Shown: positions 13,640 through 27,937, counted from the stretch's first letter. The stretch is DNA of 64,000 bases from Octopus vulgaris (GCA_951406725.2 OX597831.1:2852001-2916000); one strand, 5' to 3'. Notes: generated by a model from the letters alone, not told the origin. Numbers and translations are program-made.

Positions 13640-14780
13640 CACCACTGCCGACGCTACTGCAACTAAAACCACCATCACCACCATCACCACCATCATGGCC
13701 GATTCTTTTTTTCCCCTTCTATATTTTCCTCCGTTAACGTCACCATCGCCATCATTTCTTCTTGCCACATCACCACTCACATATACACACTCACACACGT
13801 CACATACTACCATCACCGCGTACACACACACATACACACACACGAACGCGCATATATACACACTAAAACACTAACATTACCACCACCACCACCCTTATCA
13901 CTACATACCGCTCCCACCGCCACTACCACTACCACCTCTACTGATACTAACCCCCATCGACAATACTGTATACACCGCCGTCTCCGCCATCATCATCATC
14001 ATCATTACCATCACCACCACCACCACCATTGTCATTACCATAAATATTACTACAACTATCGCTACTATCACCACCACCACCACCACCACCAGCAGCATCA
14101 CCATCATTGCCGTCGTCACCACTATCTCTACTCCCATGACCGCTTACACCACTACCACCACCACCATCACCACCGTCCTCTCTTTCTCTCTGTATCTGTC
14201 TTTCTGCTGCTCTCTTTCTCCTCTCCACTCAATTTGCAAATGGATACTGATGAATGAGTGATACAAGGAAGTGGGAGAGAGAGAGAGAGAGAGGGGGAAA
14301 ACAAGGAAAGGATAAATGAGAGAGGGAGGGAGTAAATGAAAACGTGAGTGAGAAGAGAGTAAGAGAAACAGAGACAGACACAGAGAGTGAAAGAGATAAC
14401 AAGGAAGGGTGAGTGAGAGAAGGAGGAGGAGAACAAGAGAAAGTGGATGGATGAGAGAGAGGGAGGTAGTAAACAAGAAAGCGAGCAAGTGAAAACAGAG
14501 TAAGAGAAAGAGAGAGAGAGACAGAGAAAGAGAAAGAGAGGGAAAGAGACTTAACTTTTTTCTGTTTAATTGATTTTCAGTCGTAACATTCTTTTTAAAA
14601 TTAAAGTTGGACAGCAGAACCACAACAACGACGACGATAATGACGATAATAATATTGAAGATGACGAAGGCGGAGATGATGGAGTCGATGGTTATGGCGA
14701 TCGCGGTGGGGGAGGGGGTGTTTGTGGCGGTGGTGGTGGAGATGAAAATTATCACCACGACGACGACGACTATGATGGCT

Positions 14781-14811
<31 letters not shown>

Positions 14812-14930
14812 CAGCGACGATAATATTGAATGAAAACGACAGTGATGATGATAATAATGACAATCATGATGATAACGACGTCGATCGTGATGACGATGAT
14901 GATGTTGCTAATGATGACGACGATAAAAGA
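13640..14930. repeat. Trinucleotide-rich low-complexity region ((CAC)n, (CAT)n, (GAT)n, (GAC)n) with a purine block
   Basis: Visible directly in the sequence. Confidence 0.85.
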
Positions 14931-16529
14931 TAAAGAAAAAGGGGGAAATCAAAAAAAGAAAACTATGAGAAATGAAAGGTGGATGAATGGAGAGGGAAGA
15001 AGGGTGGGTAGATAAGAGATTCCAACAATAAAAACAACAACAACTAAACAAAAGGGAATGGAGAAATGAGACAATTCGTCTGTCCATTTTTCTTTATTGA
15101 TTGATTGTCCATCATTGAAATGGGTTTAAGTTTATTTAAATTGAAGAGAAATTCTTCGACTTGTATTTATCAATACATCTCCTCCTTTTTATTCTTCATC
15201 CAATCGCCCCTTCGCTCAAAATTTCTGTCTTCCTCCTTTTATAGTTCTCTTCGCAACACGTTCTAATTCGAGTCCCACCTTGCTATTATTTAACTCCGTC
15301 TCACTGTGACTGTCACTAGGCGGGTGTGCCCGCGCACGCGTTTCCATGTGAAACTATGTGTCTGTATGTTAGACGTAACTCTGTATGTGTGTCATAATAC
15401 GATGAGTGTCTGTGTGTGTGTAACTCTGCGTGTCTGTGTTTGCGAAACTATGTACGTGCGTGCGTTTGTGAAACTGTGTGCGCGCGTATGTGTTTGTGAA
15501 ACTGTGTGTGTGTATGTGTAACTGTGCGTGTGCGTTTGTGAAACTGTGTTTGATGTGACACAGTGTATGTGTGTGTCATTACACAATGTGTGCGTGTATG
15601 TGTAACTGTGTGCGAAATTGTTTGGAGATAACGTGTGTAACACGGTGTGTCAGCGTGCGTGTGAGCGTTATTATATGCGTGTGGAGTGAATGTGTATGTC
15701 AGCGCACTAAATGCGCGTGGGGTGAATACAAGAATGTAGGATTGTGTGTGTGTGTGTGTGTGTGTGAAATTATGTGTAGCAATACGCGTGTGACACAGTG
15801 TCATCGTACTAATTATGCGTAAGGATGAATATGAAAGTGTGTGGAATTATGTGTGCCTCAGTAATAATGTGTAAAAACTAGGTATAGAGGTATATGTGTG
15901 CCCTGTGTCAGACTATGTGTAGGGTGAATGTGGAAATGCGTGAGGTGTGTGCGTGTGCGTTTGAATGTGTGCGGAAATGAATGTAGAAATGTGTGCATGT
16001 ATGAAAGTATGTGTGTATATGCATGTGTGACAAGGTATGTGTCAGCTTATGCCAATGTAATGCGCGCGTGTGTGTGCGTGTGTGTGACAGCGTGCTGTTG
16101 TAGTTGTGTATGTATACGTCATTGTGTGTTGTGTGTGTGTACCATTGCGGTTGTGTATATATGAGCGTTGCTGTGTATGGGTGAATGTGTTAAGTATATG
16201 TGCCATTATGGTTGGATACACACAAACACACAGATATATGTGTGTGTGTGTAAGCGTGAGTAAAACAGTGTATACGTGGGTGACACACTATGCGTGGGAA
16301 TGAAAGCATAAGTATGTGTCATTGTGCTTAGGCAGATTGTATGCGTCATTTTGTGAGTGGAACTTTGAGCAGGCTTGTGTGACAGAGTGTGTGTCAACTT
16401 ATATGTGCCTGAGGCTGATGTTGAAGAGTGTCATTACAATTATATATATGCTTCTGTCTCATTCTGTGCCCGTATGTGTATCCGCGCGCGCAGATGCTTG
16501 AAACTGTATATGCGTAGATACGTATAAGG

Positions 16530-16734
16530 TGCAAGCGTGGTGGTGTGGTAAAAAGTTTGCTTTCAACCACATGGTTTCGGGTTCAGTTCCACTGCGCGGC
16601 ACGTTGGATAAGTGTCTTCTACCATGGCTTCGAGTCGAACAAAGCTTTGAGAGTAGATTTGGTAGACGGAAACTGAGGGAGCCAGTCATATACATGTATA
16701 CACATATGTATGTGTGTGTGTATGTGTGTGTATT

Positions 16735-16789
<55 letters not shown>

Positions 16790-17129
16790 CATAGTAGTAA
16801 AGGCGCATGGCTAAGTGGTTAAGGTATTCGGCTCATTATCGTAATACCGTGAGTTCGAATTCCGGGAGCGTGTTGCGTCCTTGAGCAAGACACTTTATTT
16901 CACGCCGTTTCAGTCCACTCAGCTAATAAAAGAAAATTAGTTGTACCTGTATTTCAAAGAGCCAGCCTTGTCACATTCTGTGATAGACCACGCATATCTG
17001 TGGAGTGCTCAGCCACTTTGCACGTTAATTTCGCGAACTGGCTATTCTGTTGATCGGATCAACTGGAACACTCGTCGTCGTAACCGACGGAGTGCCACTT
17101 AAACGCGCACACACACATACATACGTACA

Positions 17130-17178
<49 letters not shown>

Positions 17179-17262
17179 ATGTATGTATGTATGTATGCAT
17201 GTATGTATGTATGTATACATATATATACACACATACGCATATATATATACATATATATACAT

Positions 17263-17311
<49 letters not shown>

Positions 17312-17550
17312 TACATACACACACACGCACGCACGCATATATATATATATATATAAACACATACATATACACACACACACATACACACACGCATATATAT
17401 ATATATATATTTATATAACATAGCAGTTCGGCAAGAAAGCCTGATAGAATAAGTACCAAGCTTTAAAAGTGGGTACTGGAATCGACGAAAATTCATCAAG
17501 GCGGTGCTCCAGCATGACCGCAGTCTAATGACAGAAACAAATAGAAGGTA
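16530..17550 (+). mobile_element. SINE family A split by microsatellites and a nested family C SINE
   Basis: Head at 16530-16690 and tail at 17418-17550. Confidence 0.7.
16800..17098 (+). mobile_element. SINE family C (H1 + T1)
   Basis: Paralog of 4363-4680. Confidence 0.85.
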
Positions 17551-19319
17551 AAGAAGACAAAAAATGTGGGTGGAGGGCGCGCGCACGCGCGTGTGCGTGT
17601 GTGCGTGCGCGAGCGCGCCGCGCGTGTGTGACATGGTGTGCGCGGGCGAATGTATGTCGATATTTTGTAACTGTGGAAAGACGCGCGTTGTGAGTGGGTG
17701 TGTCAGAGTATGCTATGTTCTGTATATATAAGGTTGTGTGTATATAAGTGTGTGTGTGTGTGTGTGTGTGAGTGTCACAGTGAAGATGAGTGCCGTGTGA
17801 AGTGTGTTATGACTGTGTGACACTCCGTACGTGTGCGTATGACAGTGTGTGCCACTGTGCACATGTGAGCCTATTTCCTCGTGTATGTCGCTTCGTATGT
17901 GAAACTGTGTTTGTGTGTGCGAGATGCTACGCGTTCCGTGCAGTATGTGTGTGTATATGTCTCAGTAAGCGTAACCGTACATGGATGTACGTGCCACCAT
18001 ATCTTTGTATGACAAACATGTGACTGTGGGGAAGTGTGTGTATATATATGGATTTATAGGGTATGACTGCATTTATGTCCGTGTAATGCGTGTCGGGAGA
18101 GTGTTTCATTATGTATGTATGTATGTATGTATGTATGTATGTATGTATGTATGTATGTATGTATGTATGTATGAATGTATTGTGTATGTATGTGTATGGA
18201 TGTGTGTGTATCTATGTATGCATATGCGTGTATGTATGTATGTATGTATGTATGCAAGTGTGTGTGTATACATGTATGTATGTATGTATTTGTATGTATG
18301 TATGAATGTGTGTGCATGTATGTATGAATGTATTATGTATGTATGTGTATGCATGTGTGTGTATTTATGCATGGATGTATGCATATGTGTGTATGTAAGT
18401 ATGTATGTGTGTATGTATGCAAGTGTGTGTGTATACATTCATGTATGTACGTATGTGTGTATGTATGTGTGTATGCATATATGAATGTATGTATGGTATG
18501 TGTGTATGTATGTATGTATGCTTGTATGTATGCATGCATACATGTTTGTGCATATATATGCTTGTATGTACGCATGTGTATATAAATGCTCTTATGTGTA
18601 TGTACTAACGTATGTGACTGTATGTATGTGTAATTGTCTGTGGATGTGACTATTCATGTGATTATATTTAAGTGTTGTTGTTGTCGTTATTTAGTCACAA
18701 GTCATCCCCCCTATCTTCCATTTTTAGGGGTATCTTGTACTATACTAACTGATCTGATGCTTCCATTTTAAGACATTACGATTATGATTCGAAGAAAATT
18801 GGCTGCAATTTCTAGCGAATCCAGCGACCACGTCTAACCTATATATATTTGAATGTATGTATGCTTCATTTAGTGTTTTGTAAGGTGGGTAATGTGTGAG
18901 TGTGTGCGTGTGTGTGTGTATGTGTGTGTGTGTGTGTTATTTTGTGCATGAGAAAATATGCTTGAAACTTTCTAAGCGTGATTCGCTGTGTATATAAGTC
19001 ATACATGCGCACACATACACACGCACACTCTCACATAGACTAGACAATAGACATTGAACATGCGATGTAAACCTTGTAAAACCTTGTAAAACTTTCTTAT
19101 TTGATAAGAACGGTAAACAATATTATACAAATCTGTCCAGCGTTCAGTTGCCGACATTTTGGAATATTTCAACTAAAGCATCCGGTCCATGGCGACAAAA
19201 ACATTGAATATGGGATACATGTCTGATTTGTTAGGATCGCGTATCATAATGTTAAGAGGATGTCCGGCATATTAAAATATTTCGATTGATGGCGACGAAA
19301 GGACATTTGCTCTGAAAGG

Positions 19320-19901
19320 GTGCTTAAGACAAGCTCATGGAAACAATATATTTATTTACTCAGAAATACAAAGATCATAGTCACGGTAACTTTTATCATG
19401 ATGTGATACGTTCAAATATTTCCCAGATAATTTTATAGTTTCTGATATTGTTATTTCTTAAAGACCATATGTATTTCGATGAAACTTGTGTCAAAAGATC
19501 TTTTAATTTCTAAAAACATGTTACTGTTGATCGTACCTTAACTTAAATTATTCTTAGTCAGCCCGATATAAACTTAAAGAACTGAATCACTAGCTATAAA
19601 TACTTTAGTACAATAGCCTATCAATTTCGAAAGGCATAAATGATATAATGGACAATTTCGGATTTTAAACAATTGCACACTCGGGTAGAATTGGTTGTAG
19701 ATATGACATTTTATTATTATTTGTATTTGCTTTTACTGTATCAAAGTTATGCTGTACAACTGAAAATTAATTTAGCATTATTCCTATTAAAAATACCGTA
19801 TATGTTAAAGAAATGTTTAACGATACGTGTACTCATATTAAAACTAAATGGATCGTTAAACTAAGTAATTTTACGTTTTATTTTCTCCGCGTTTGAGAAT
19901 T

Positions 19902-19996
<95 letters not shown>

Positions 19997-20029
19997 CATA
20001 TTATTATCATTATTATCATTATTATTATT

Positions 20030-20111
<82 letters not shown>

Positions 20112-21960
20112 TTAATTATGCAATTAATTTTATCTTTAAATCCGCTGCATTTCAAAGCTTTATTATAATAAGGAGCTGCTTTCTTTAAAAAAAGATATGT
20201 CGGATAAAATACTGAATAACCATATACTAACATTTTTTCCCAAAATTATTTATAATGACATGCGGGTGGTTTGAAGCGATATTTATATGCAGTAACTTTT
20301 TCTTTAGCTTCCTAAATAAGGAATATTTATTTGTTTGATAGCTAAGGTGACATTAAAAAAATTAAGTATGCGTAAATTTGCACCAGTAATAATGTTTGGA
20401 TGTAAGACCTTAAATAACTCAAAGAGATCTTTTCTGAAGGTTTCTGTTAAGCAGTCATACGTGCAATAATAAGCACACACTAAACTTATATAAGAAATAT
20501 AAAACATAAAGACCAATAAACTCACAAATTTCTACAGAGTCTAAGCTACCCATCGCTACATCAAAAGAATTCGCATCATTTCTTCTTTGCCTATAGATCG
20601 TTATCGAAAGAAAGCAATGATCTTCTTGCATGCATGAATATTTTGATACCAGAATCACTGATTGATGTATAAAACTTGACAAAAACTTGTCAAAAACGAT
20701 TGCTTTTTGGAGCAAAGATTTAGTTACTGAAGGATAAAAATTCAATTATATCAAGCGGGGGTAAATATCTATAGATGCTTATTATTAAAACTATTGAATC
20801 AATTAATAATAGAAATATCGCTATTCCATAATGGTAAATCAGTTGTTTGTTTAATTCTAAGAATAATATTGCCTGAGGTACTTTTGCACACTCTACTTAA
20901 TTCGATTTTGGCTGGATTTATTAACCTACGAGATAGATTACTAATAAAAATTCTGATGGTGGTTCTTAAATGTAATATAAGGTTTTTGCAAAGCTACACG
21001 TTCATTCCTGTCATTTGTTTCTAATTCGGTAGTTATTTCTTTAGCTTCTAAAATAATTGAATCCAGTGTAATAATACTTTATATGTTTTATTTTGTTTGT
21101 TTGTTTGTTTGTGTGTGTATGTTCTTGTGTGCTTTCGTGCGCTTGCATGTACTACAGTTTAGGATGGCGGGTTCGCAGAATCGTTAGCGCGTTAGCATTG
21201 TATTTCTAACCTGCTCTTTACGTTCTAAGTTCAAATGCCACCGAGATCAACTTTGCCTTGCCTTTGCCCGGGCTTAATAAGATAAAGTACCAGTAAAGTA
21301 CCGAAAGTGATGGTATAAACTAGGGCGGCGAGCTGGCAGAATCGTTAAGCACGCCGGGCGAAATGCCTAGCGGTATTTCGTCTGCCGTTACGTTCTGAGT
21401 TCAAATTCCGCCGAGGTCGACTTTGCCTTTCATCCTTTCGGGGTCGATAAATTAAGTACCAGTTACGCACTGGGGTCGATGTAATCGACTTAATCCGCTT
21501 GTCTGTCCTTGTTTGTCCTCTCTGTGTTTAGCCCCTTGTGGGTAGTAAAGAAATAGGTATAAACTATAACATCCTTATAACGCTTTAGCGTGTCATTATT
21601 AATATCATACACGTTTCTGATTTTATCTGACTGGCCAAAAATATTCTTTGAATGTTGAGTTGTTTTAAAATTATTCTTTCGAACCTGCTGAAATCTGTTG
21701 TATATTTTTGTTAAATATCACTCTTCTAATTCAGTTGGAAAGCTAAATCAAAATGTTCCAATCGTTTGCATTAAGGTGGTCTTAAAACCGTCCTCGTGTG
21801 TAAGCAATTCGGAAAAAATGTGCTTTTCAATGAATTCTCTGTATAAATCTGAATTCCTAAGCCGTCTGGATTAGCCATTTTATAGACCTATTTTCCTTCT
21901 AAGGAATTGTTATTATTTTCTCTCGAGAAATCTAAGGGAAGTTGGTTCCATTCATAATTC
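19320..21960 (-). pseudogene. Decayed Penelope-like element (RT plus C-terminal GIY-YIG), possibly Naiad-type
   Basis: Colinear motifs: SDKIRNVY, ITFKNHH..RLINPAK, DIIEF/YPS, FDVAMGSLDSVEICEFIGLYVL, NIASNHP, AAPYYNKALKCSGF, IFNRNNAK, CNC..CPL..C, YIGLT, SKYIWSL. Interrupted by SINEs at ~21160-21566 and by microsatellites at 19902-20110. Confidence 0.85.
21323..21555 (+). mobile_element. SINE family B monomer with 11-bp TSD
   Basis: GGTATAAACTA at 21312-21322 and 21556-21566. Confidence 0.9.
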
Positions 21961-22035
21961 AGTTGTGCCTGAAAATGGTTCAAAAACTCAAAGTAATCAC
22001 GATAATAAAAAAAAAAAGACTTAATACTGAAGTAA

Positions 22036-22260
22036 ATGCTATATACTGATTTCAAATTTTTGGCACAAGGCCAGCAAATTTAGGGGAAAAGTTAAGTCGG
22101 TTACATCGACCCCAAAGCTCAACCGCTACTATTTTATCGATTCCAAAAGGACGAAAGCAAAGTCAACCTCAGCGGAATTTGACCTCAGAACGTAAAAACG
22201 GACGAAATACTGGAAAGTATTTTGCCCGGCGTGGTAACGGTTCTGCCAGTTCGTCGCTTC
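22036..22260 (-). mobile_element. SINE family B (diverged)
   Basis: Reverse complement of the family B consensus. Confidence 0.7.
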
Positions 22261-22402
22261 ACAACCTGCGTCTCTGAGTTACACGATTCACTCATCTTCA
22301 AGATATAACAGAAATAACTAATATTCATGTTTGAATTAGAATTTGTCGAGTGTGCTATACACGTTAACTACAGAAAATGCTTTGATTTGATGATAAATTT
22401 TT

Positions 22403-22856
<454 letters not shown>

Positions 22857-23146
22857 ATTAATTCAACAAGATTGTCCGATGTTTAAGCATTTTGAAATAT
22901 TTTGGCAAAAATTCCAAATTATGACAAAAAACTTTGAATGTGAGATGCTCGATAAAAAAAATGTGTTGTCGGTGTTTATGTGTATGTGTAGCAAAATGTA
23001 TGCCTACATGTATGTATGTATGTATGTATGTATGTATGTATGTATGTATGTATGTATGTATTTAGGTGTGTGTTTATGTGTGTACGCGCATCTGTGTGTG
23101 TGCCCTGGGTATGACTTTAAACTACATTCGGTTGTAGAGTTTAAAG

Positions 23147-23448
23147 TGGAGGCACATGACCTGGAGGTTAGAGCAGCGGATTCGTGGTCGAGGGATCGCG
23201 GGTTCGAATCTCAGACCGGGCGACGTGTGTGTTTATGGGCGAAACACCTAAGCTCCAAGCTGCTCCGGCAGAAGGTGATGGCGAACTTCTGCTGACTCTT
23301 TCACCACAACTTTCTCTCACTCTTTCCTCCTGCATCTTGCAGCTCACCAGCTACGGACCGGCGTCCCGCCCAGGTGGGGAATCCTATACGCCAAGGAAAC
23401 CGGGAAACCGGCCCTTATGAGCCAGGCGTGGCTCGAGAAGGAACAAAA
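23147..23448 (+). mobile_element. SINE family C variant (H2 + T2) with TSD
   Basis: GTAGAGTTTAAAGTGG at 23134-23149 and 23449-23464; B-box GGTTCGAATC. Confidence 0.85.
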
Positions 23449-23646
23449 GTAGAGTTTAAAGTGGTGCCCGAATTCCAGGATTTTGAGGAGTGTGGAACTA
23501 CTTCTTAGCCAAAATTGCTCCCGGCTCTAGTTTAACCCCGTGTTGTAGCGCCTGTCAGGGTCTCGGCTATGGGTTAATTGGCATGCAAACTACTGGGAGT
23601 GAAACCTAGTGCTCTTTCGAACTTCCTTCTAGAAGGTGAACTTATA

Positions 23647-24077
23647 CGAGGGTGAGTCAAAAAGTAATGCTATTTTGTTTAGGACAGGTATAATCACCAA
23701 CACAGGAACATGTATCATACATCAAAATGAAGCTGGTCCTCTGTGAATCACATCCCTACTTCTCAATATAGTCACCGTTTCTCTCAATAGCAATGTTCCA
23801 CATTCGAATGAGAGCTGGACTATCATCTCTTCGGCCCCATGAATGAGGGTTTGAGAGGCAAACATTATTCCAGTGACGAAGAAGTGAAAACTGTAGTGAA
23901 GAAGTGGCTCAAAGAACAGTCAACAGAATTTTACGGGTCTGGGATACATGCTCTCATACGAAGGTGGAACATTTCAATTAAGAGAAACAGTGACCATGTT
24001 GAGGAGTAGGGACGTGATCCACAGAGGACCAGCTTCATTTTCCTGTGTTGGTAATTATACCTGTCCTAAACAAATGT
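23647..24077 (+). mobile_element. mariner-derived fold-back element with a transposase C-terminal remnant
   Basis: TA followed by the TIR CGAGGGTGAGTCAAAAAG. 23818-24009 reads DYHLFGPMNEGLRGKHYSSDEEVKTVVKKWL...GIHALIRRW...HVEE*. 23670-23815 is the reverse complement of ~23950-24077. Confidence 0.85.
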
Positions 24078-24954
24078 ATGAATGTATGTATGTATGTATG
24101 TATGTATGTATGTATGTATGTATGTATGTATGTATGTATGTATGTTTTTTTATGTTTTTTTCTTCTATGGAGTTGAAGTTAAAATATTTCGTTACAACTA
24201 AGTTCAAGAGTGACAATTTGTGTGACATTGTGAGTGTGTGTATGGAAACAGTTTGTGTGATAATCCATGTGAAATTGTATATATGTAAATGAAAGCGTGC
24301 GTTAAACTAGTTTGGTCAATCTTTGTGTGTGTGTGTGCGAGAGAGAGAGAGTGAGAGATAGGGGGGAGATACAGTAACATCGCAAGAAAATGTATATACA
24401 CTTGTGTGACTGGCCTTATGCCAAAACTTGAAACCAGTGTGTATCTGTATGTGTGTGTGTGTGTATGTGCGCGTGTGCATATGTGTGGATATTAGTGCTT
24501 ATGTATATTGTATTAAGTGTCCGGCTTGTCTGTTTAGTACTATGTGACTAGTAAAACTGTACTTTTGATTCTGTAAGAGTGAATCTATCTGTGTTTGCGT
24601 GTGACTGTGTATACATGTGCGTCTGTGTGTTTATCGTACTATGAGTGTCACAGCATGTCAGTGAATAATACTTGTATGTTCGTTTGTCACAATGTGTGTT
24701 CGTGTGAATCTGGGTGTAACACTGGATTCTACGTGTTACATTGTGTCATGATTTATGTGGTTATATGACTGCGTAAGTGACATTGATTTACTTTGTACGT
24801 TACAGTATAAGATTGTGTAACTGTGTGTGACAGTATGTAACAACAGGATTCTACATGTGTATTTCTTTGTACACTGCATTGTAATTTGTACAGTGCACAG
24901 TTATCGTGTGACACAGTTACATGATCTATTTCTACATGTGCATTTCTGTTGTAA

Positions 24955-25250
24955 CGAGTGTCACACTGCGTAGGTTACACTATATGTGATCGTGTGACTG
25001 GTACTAATACATCACACTGTGATCACGTGACCGTCACATGAACACACATGATCACGTGATAGTGTCACAGATCATAGATTTATATATGTTTTTGTTATAC
25101 CGAGTATCACACTGCGTACGTCACACTATATGCGACTGCGTGACTGGGAATAATACATCACACTGTGATCACGTGACGCTGTTATATGATCACACGTGAT
25201 CACGTGATAGTGTCACACAATCATAGATTCTACATCTGTGTGTCACACTA
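24955..25250. repeat. ~147-bp diverged tandem duplication rich in TCACGTGA E-boxes
   Basis: Both units share atacatcacactgtgatcacgtgac...gatcacgtgatagtgtcaca. Confidence 0.7.
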
Positions 25251-26099
25251 GATGTGATTGCGTGACTGCAACATTGTAATTTTACGCGCTCAAGTGCGTG
25301 TTTCTGTGTGACAGGCTTTTTACGTCACAGTGAACGTGATTATGTCAAAATGTGTGACAGACAGATTCTATTCATGTGTTTCTCTGTTACACTGAATGTA
25401 CCGCTCTTCACGTCACAGTATATACTTCGCCTTTTCTCACATTTTATGTGCCTTTTTGATTGTATGTGTGTGATTATATTGGTATCTTTGACCATGTCTA
25501 AATATAACACCACACCTTTGCCACCCCCCTCTCTCTCTCTCTCCCTCTCTTTATATATGTGCGTGTGTATTTCCTATCCCACCCCTGCACTCTCTATCTC
25601 TCTTATACTCTCTTTCTCCTGTCCTTCTCTCCCCTTTCCACTTCTTCTTCTTCTTCTTCCTCTCCTTCTTCTTCTTCTTCCTCTCCTTCTTCTTCATCCT
25701 ATCCTTCTCCATGCACATTCGAACTTCCCCTCCTACTCCACCACTCCTCCAACCGCACCTCTCTCTTTCCATCTTTCCCTCTTTCCCCCTCCTTTCTCTC
25801 TCATTCTCTCACCCTCACGCTGTCATATCCTTTCTACCAGTATTCTCTCTCATTCGCTCTCTTTCTTTTTGCCCTCACATCTGGCTTTCCTCACACCACC
25901 ACTCCAACCTCCCCTCTCTCTTTTTGTCTCCCTCTCTCCCTCTCTCTCTCATATGCATGTAAGATGTGTGAGAGAGATAGAGAGACAGAGCACCTTCATC
26001 CTACGTTACTCATCTACATCTCTATTGCTGTCTCTTTTTCTCTTTTTTTTATCTCTCTCACCTTTCACTTTCTCTCTTACAATATAAGTGTTATTCCCC

Positions 26100-26100
26100 A

Positions 26101-26143
<43 letters not shown>

Positions 26144-26205
26144 AAAAAGACTCTACCACACACACACATACACAGTCACACCCACTTTTACTTTCACTTT
26201 CATTT

Positions 26206-26238
<33 letters not shown>

Positions 26239-26244
26239 TGCAAG

Positions 26245-26285
<41 letters not shown>

Positions 26286-27474
26286 GTACTCTCACACATT
26301 CACAGACACATGCACACACACACACTCACTCTCTAAACACACGCAGAATCTCTCTCTCTGTATCTCTCTGATAGACAATGCTCTCCCTCTCGTTCACTCT
26401 CTCTCTCTCTCACACACTGCCTCCCTCTCTCTTTCGCTCTCTCTCACGCACATACAGTCTCACGGTTTTTTCTTTCGCAGTCTCTCTCCCTCTTTATGTC
26501 TATCTATCCATCCTCTATCTATCTATCTATCTATCTATCTATACATACATACATACATACATACATACATACATACATACATACATAAACACATACATAA
26601 ACACATACATACATACATACATAAACACATACATACATACATAAACACATACATACATACATACATAAACACATACACACATACATACATACATACATGC
26701 ATACATACATACATGCATACATGCATACATACATGCATACATACATACATACATACATACATACAAATGCATACATACATGCATACATACATACCTACAT
26801 ACATACATACAAATGCATACATACATACATGCACACATACATACATACATACATACATACATGCATACATGCATACATACATACATACATACATACATAC
26901 ATACATACATACATACATACATACACACACATACCTTTTAGTATGCTGGCATGTGTGTGAAAGAGAGAGGTTATGTTCTCTCCACATAACTGATCTCTCT
27001 CTCTCTCACCTTGCTCTCACTCTCATCCTCTCTCTCCTCCCTATATACACAGCAAAAGTCTGTGTGCGCGTGTTTTGGCGCGTGTGTGCACGTGTGCACG
27101 TGTGTCTGTTCGAAATCTCCCTCTCTCGTTCCACCATTCACTCTCTCTTTTATTTTCTCGGTCTCGCTTTACACAGCTGCCAACACACACACGCGTATAT
27201 ACAGACATACATATACACACACATACACATGCACGCACGCACGCATATGCGTGTATGTCTGTGTGTGTGTACATGTGTATGTGTTGTGTGCATGTGTGTG
27301 CATGTGTGTGTGCATGTATGTGTGTGTGTGTGTGTGGTGACATCTGATAGACTGAATATATGTTAAGGGCTTCATTGATGATGTTTGTTACTATATATAC
27401 ATACATACATATATATTCATACACACATGTATACACACACACATACACACACACATATATATACATGCATACAT

Positions 27475-27505
<31 letters not shown>

Positions 27506-27519
27506 AATATCTGTGTATC

Positions 27520-27551
<32 letters not shown>

Positions 27552-27903
27552 GCTGTGTGTGTGAATATATATGTATGTATGTATGTGTGTATGTATGTAT
27601 GTATGTATGTATGTATGTATGTATGTATGTATGTATGTATGTATGCATGTATGAATGTAGTATGTATGTATGTATGAATGTATTTATGTATGTATGTATG
27701 TGTATATGCATGTATGTATGTGTATATGCATGTATGTATGCATGTATGTATGTGTATATGCATGTATGTATGCATGTATGTATGTGTATATGCATGTATG
27801 TATGTATGTATGTATGTATGTATGTATGCATGTATGTATGTATGTATGTATGTTGTATGTATGTATGTATGTATGCATGTATGTATGTATGTATGCATGT
27901 ATG

Positions 27904-27937
<34 letters not shown>

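Noticed and set aside
14248-14270. Other CTGATGA occurrences (14248, 56361, 62322) as hammerhead cores
   Set aside because: No downstream stem II/GAAA/NUH architecture.
14570-15015. Asp/Met-rich ORFs as a possible acidic protein exon
   Set aside because: Degenerate (GAT)n/(GAC)n repeats, open in several frames, with no splice or domain support.
16800-16870. tRNA genes at SINE heads (also 23147, 29258 and family A heads)
   Set aside because: A/B boxes are present, but there is no complete cloverleaf and each head continues into a SINE body.
19320-21030. In-frame TGA codons in the Penelope-like element as selenocysteine
   Set aside because: The copy is full of stops and frameshifts, and the TGA I could place falls at a conserved Trp position. 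This is decay rather than recoding.
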